Source: Gemmatimonadales bacterium
GTDB lineage: Bacteria > Gemmatimonadota > Gemmatimonadetes > Gemmatimonadales > GWC2-71-9
Assembly (NCBI GenBank): GCA_041613315.1
Contig: JBFJHJ010000026.1
Span: 1 to 46,995, forward strand
DNA length: 46,995 nt
Direction: 5' to 3'
Part shown: in pieces, positions 45,434 through 46,995 of the stretch
Layout: each line of letters opens with the position of its first letter
How positions within the stretch are numbered: the stretch's first letter is position 1
The notes under the pieces: generated by a model
Told to the model about the DNA's origin: nothing
Seen by the model: only the letters and a program-made list of their open reading frames with translations
Databases searched by the model: none
Made by a program: the position numbers and the translations under genes

Positions 45434-46915
45434 ATGACCGCGAACGGTACGCCGCACCTCGTCCTCGTCCGCATCGCCGCGGAGGTGGCGACCAAGGCGC
45501 GGCGCACACGGCGCCGCTTCCAGCGGCAGCTCGTGGACAATATCCGGGACGCGCTCCGCTCCGGCGGTATCGACCACCGCATCGATGCCGGCTGGAGCCG
45601 CATCCTCGTCGAGGCGTCCGACGCGTCGGCGGCGGAGCGCGTCGCCCGGGTGTTCGGCGTCAGCTCCGTCTCGACGGTCGAGGCGCGCGTCCCGGGCGAC
45701 CTGGCAACGATCGTGCGCGTGGGCCGCGAGCTGTACGCCGACCGCGTGCGCGGCCGGAAGTTCGCCGTGCGGGTGCGCCGCGCCGGACGGTTCCCGTTCG
45801 CGTCGCAGGACGTCCGTGTCCAACTGGGCGCCGCACTCAATCCCGGCGCGACGGTGGATCTCGACGATCCCGATGTCGCCGTGTGGGTGGAGCTCCGGGA
45901 CGGCGAGGCTTTCCTCTATAGTGACCGCGTCCCCGGAGTGGGTGGCCTGCCCCTGGGCGTCGAGGGCCTCGCCGTCTGTCTCATCTCCGGCGGGTTCGAC
46001 TCGCCGGTGGCCGCGTGGCTCATGCTCAAGCGCGGGATCGCGCTGCACTACGTCTTCTGCAACCTGAGCGGCGAGGCGTACGAGCGCGCCGTGGTCTCGG
46101 TGGGGAAGATCCTGGCGGACGCGTGGAGCTTCGGGTCTCGCCCCAAGATCCACGTCGTGGACTTCGTCGCGGTGGTCGAGGCGCTCAAGGCCGCGGTCGC
46201 GCCCCGCTACTGGCAGGTGGTGCTCAAGCGCTTGATGTACCGCGCCGCCGAGCGGATCGCGGCGGCGGTGGAGGGCGAGGCGATCGTCACGGGCGAGTCG
46301 GTGGGCCAGGTGTCGTCGCAGACGCTGGGCAACCTGCGGGCGATCGACGACGTCGCCGAGCTGCCGGTGTTCCGCCCGCTCCTGGGGTTGGACAAAACGG
46401 AGATCATCGCGCGGGCCGAGCGGATCGGGACGGCGGTCTTGAGCGCGCACATCCGCGAGTACTGCGCGATCCTGCCCGACCGCCCCGTGACGCACGCCAA
46501 GCCCCGGGCCGCGCGGAACGAGGAAGCGAAGCTGGACCTGGCGGTGTTGGAGGCGGCGGTGGCCGGCCGCAAGGTGCTGGATCTCCGGGGGCTCACCGCG
46601 GTGGACCTGGTGCAGCCGTATCTCTTCGCGGACGATCTGGAGGACGGCGCGGTGCTCCTCGACTGCCGGGAGCCGCATCACTACGAGGCGTGGCACTATC
46701 CCGGCGCCGAGCGCTGGGACCTGGCGGACCTGGCGGCGCGCTTCCGCGAGCTGGACAAGACGCGGCGCTACGTGCTCGTGTGCCAGTTCGGGGTGCAGTC
46801 GGCGTACGTGGCCGAGGCGATGCAGCGCGCGGGGTACGAGGCGTACTCGTTCAAAGGCGGGGTGAAGGAGCTGCGTCGCTACGCGCGGGATCGGGGGATG
46901 GCGGCGCCGGTGTGA
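45434..46915 (+). CDS. thiI: tRNA 4-thiouridine synthase with THUMP, PP-loop and C-terminal rhodanese domains
   Basis: GVGGLPLG, LISGGFDSPVA, TGESVGQVSSQTL, RPLLGLDK, EYC, rhodanese LVCQFG. Confidence 0.95.
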   Translation: MTANGTPHLVLVRIAAEVATKARRTRRRFQRQLVDNIRDALRSGGIDHRIDAGWSRILVEASDASAAERVARVFGVSSVSTVEARVPGDLATIVRVGRELYADRVRGRKFAVRVRRAGRFPFASQDVRVQLGAALNPGATVDLDDPDVAVWVELRDGEAFLYSDRVPGVGGLPLGVEGLAVCLISGGFDSPVAAWLMLKRGIALHYVFCNLSGEAYERAVVSVGKILADAWSFGSRPKIHVVDFVAVVEALKAAVAPRYWQVVLKRLMYRAAERIAAAVEGEAIVTGESVGQVSSQTLGNLRAIDDVAELPVFRPLLGLDKTEIIARAERIGTAVLSAHIREYCAILPDRPVTHAKPRAARNEEAKLDLAVLEAAVAGRKVLDLRGLTAVDLVQPYLFADDLEDGAVLLDCREPHHYEAWHYPGAERWDLADLAARFRELDKTRRYVLVCQFGVQSAYVAEAMQRAGYEAYSFKGGVKELRRYARDRGMAAPV

Positions 46916-46995
46916 TTGCTTCGTCTCCTCAATCGCTATCCTGCTGATCATCCTGATGTTCTATCTGATCTGGAAGTACCTCACGTAGCCCCGAG

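Noticed and set aside
44468..46951. Very long antisense or alternate-frame ORFs (827 aa here; also 8577-10589, 22231-24090, 40370-42220)
   Set aside because: They shadow well-supported genes, are Arg/Ala/Pro-rich without motifs, and are expected from stop-codon scarcity at high GC.

Overview
GC-rich bacterial chromosomal segment. The Sec/lipoprotein signal peptides and the large peptidase complement resemble Gemmatimonadota (inference, not verified). About 45 credible CDS; no rRNA, tRNA, CRISPR array, integrase or transposase was seen. From left to right: (1) a tailoring-type cluster (MFS, NTP_transf_5 nucleotidyltransferase, GT2, two GT4, HPr-kinase-like P-loop protein, arylsulfotransferase) whose last gene is flanked by an 87-bp duplication of the kinase 3' end; (2) two M28 peptidases, hpt, S9 peptidase, cyclophilin, class II aldolase, SDR and S1/P1 nuclease; (3) three lipoprotein genes, including a frameshifted subtilisin, behind tandem CRP-type boxes; (4) an accessory region with a DinB remnant, a Xre-RES toxin-antitoxin pair with a visible promoter and operator, a di-haem peroxidase and a putative Cys-His amidase. 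This region also holds the best candidate for an undescribed system: a 78-aa 'mini-spike' (coiled coil plus VgrG/gp5-like tip), a Pro/Cys/His-rich PAAR protein and a Trm112-like-fused methyltransferase, converging on a B12 radical SAM plus PhyH dioxygenase pair, with no other T6SS/eCIS genes in the window; (5) MFS, a heptamer tandem repeat, a DUF481 barrel, a Dph6-like ATPase, an ABC exporter, ppa, and a thiI (s4U writer) transcribed divergently from a TudS-DUF1722/RudS-like gene (candidate s4U eraser). Product calls come from motif recognition by eye; no database searches were run.
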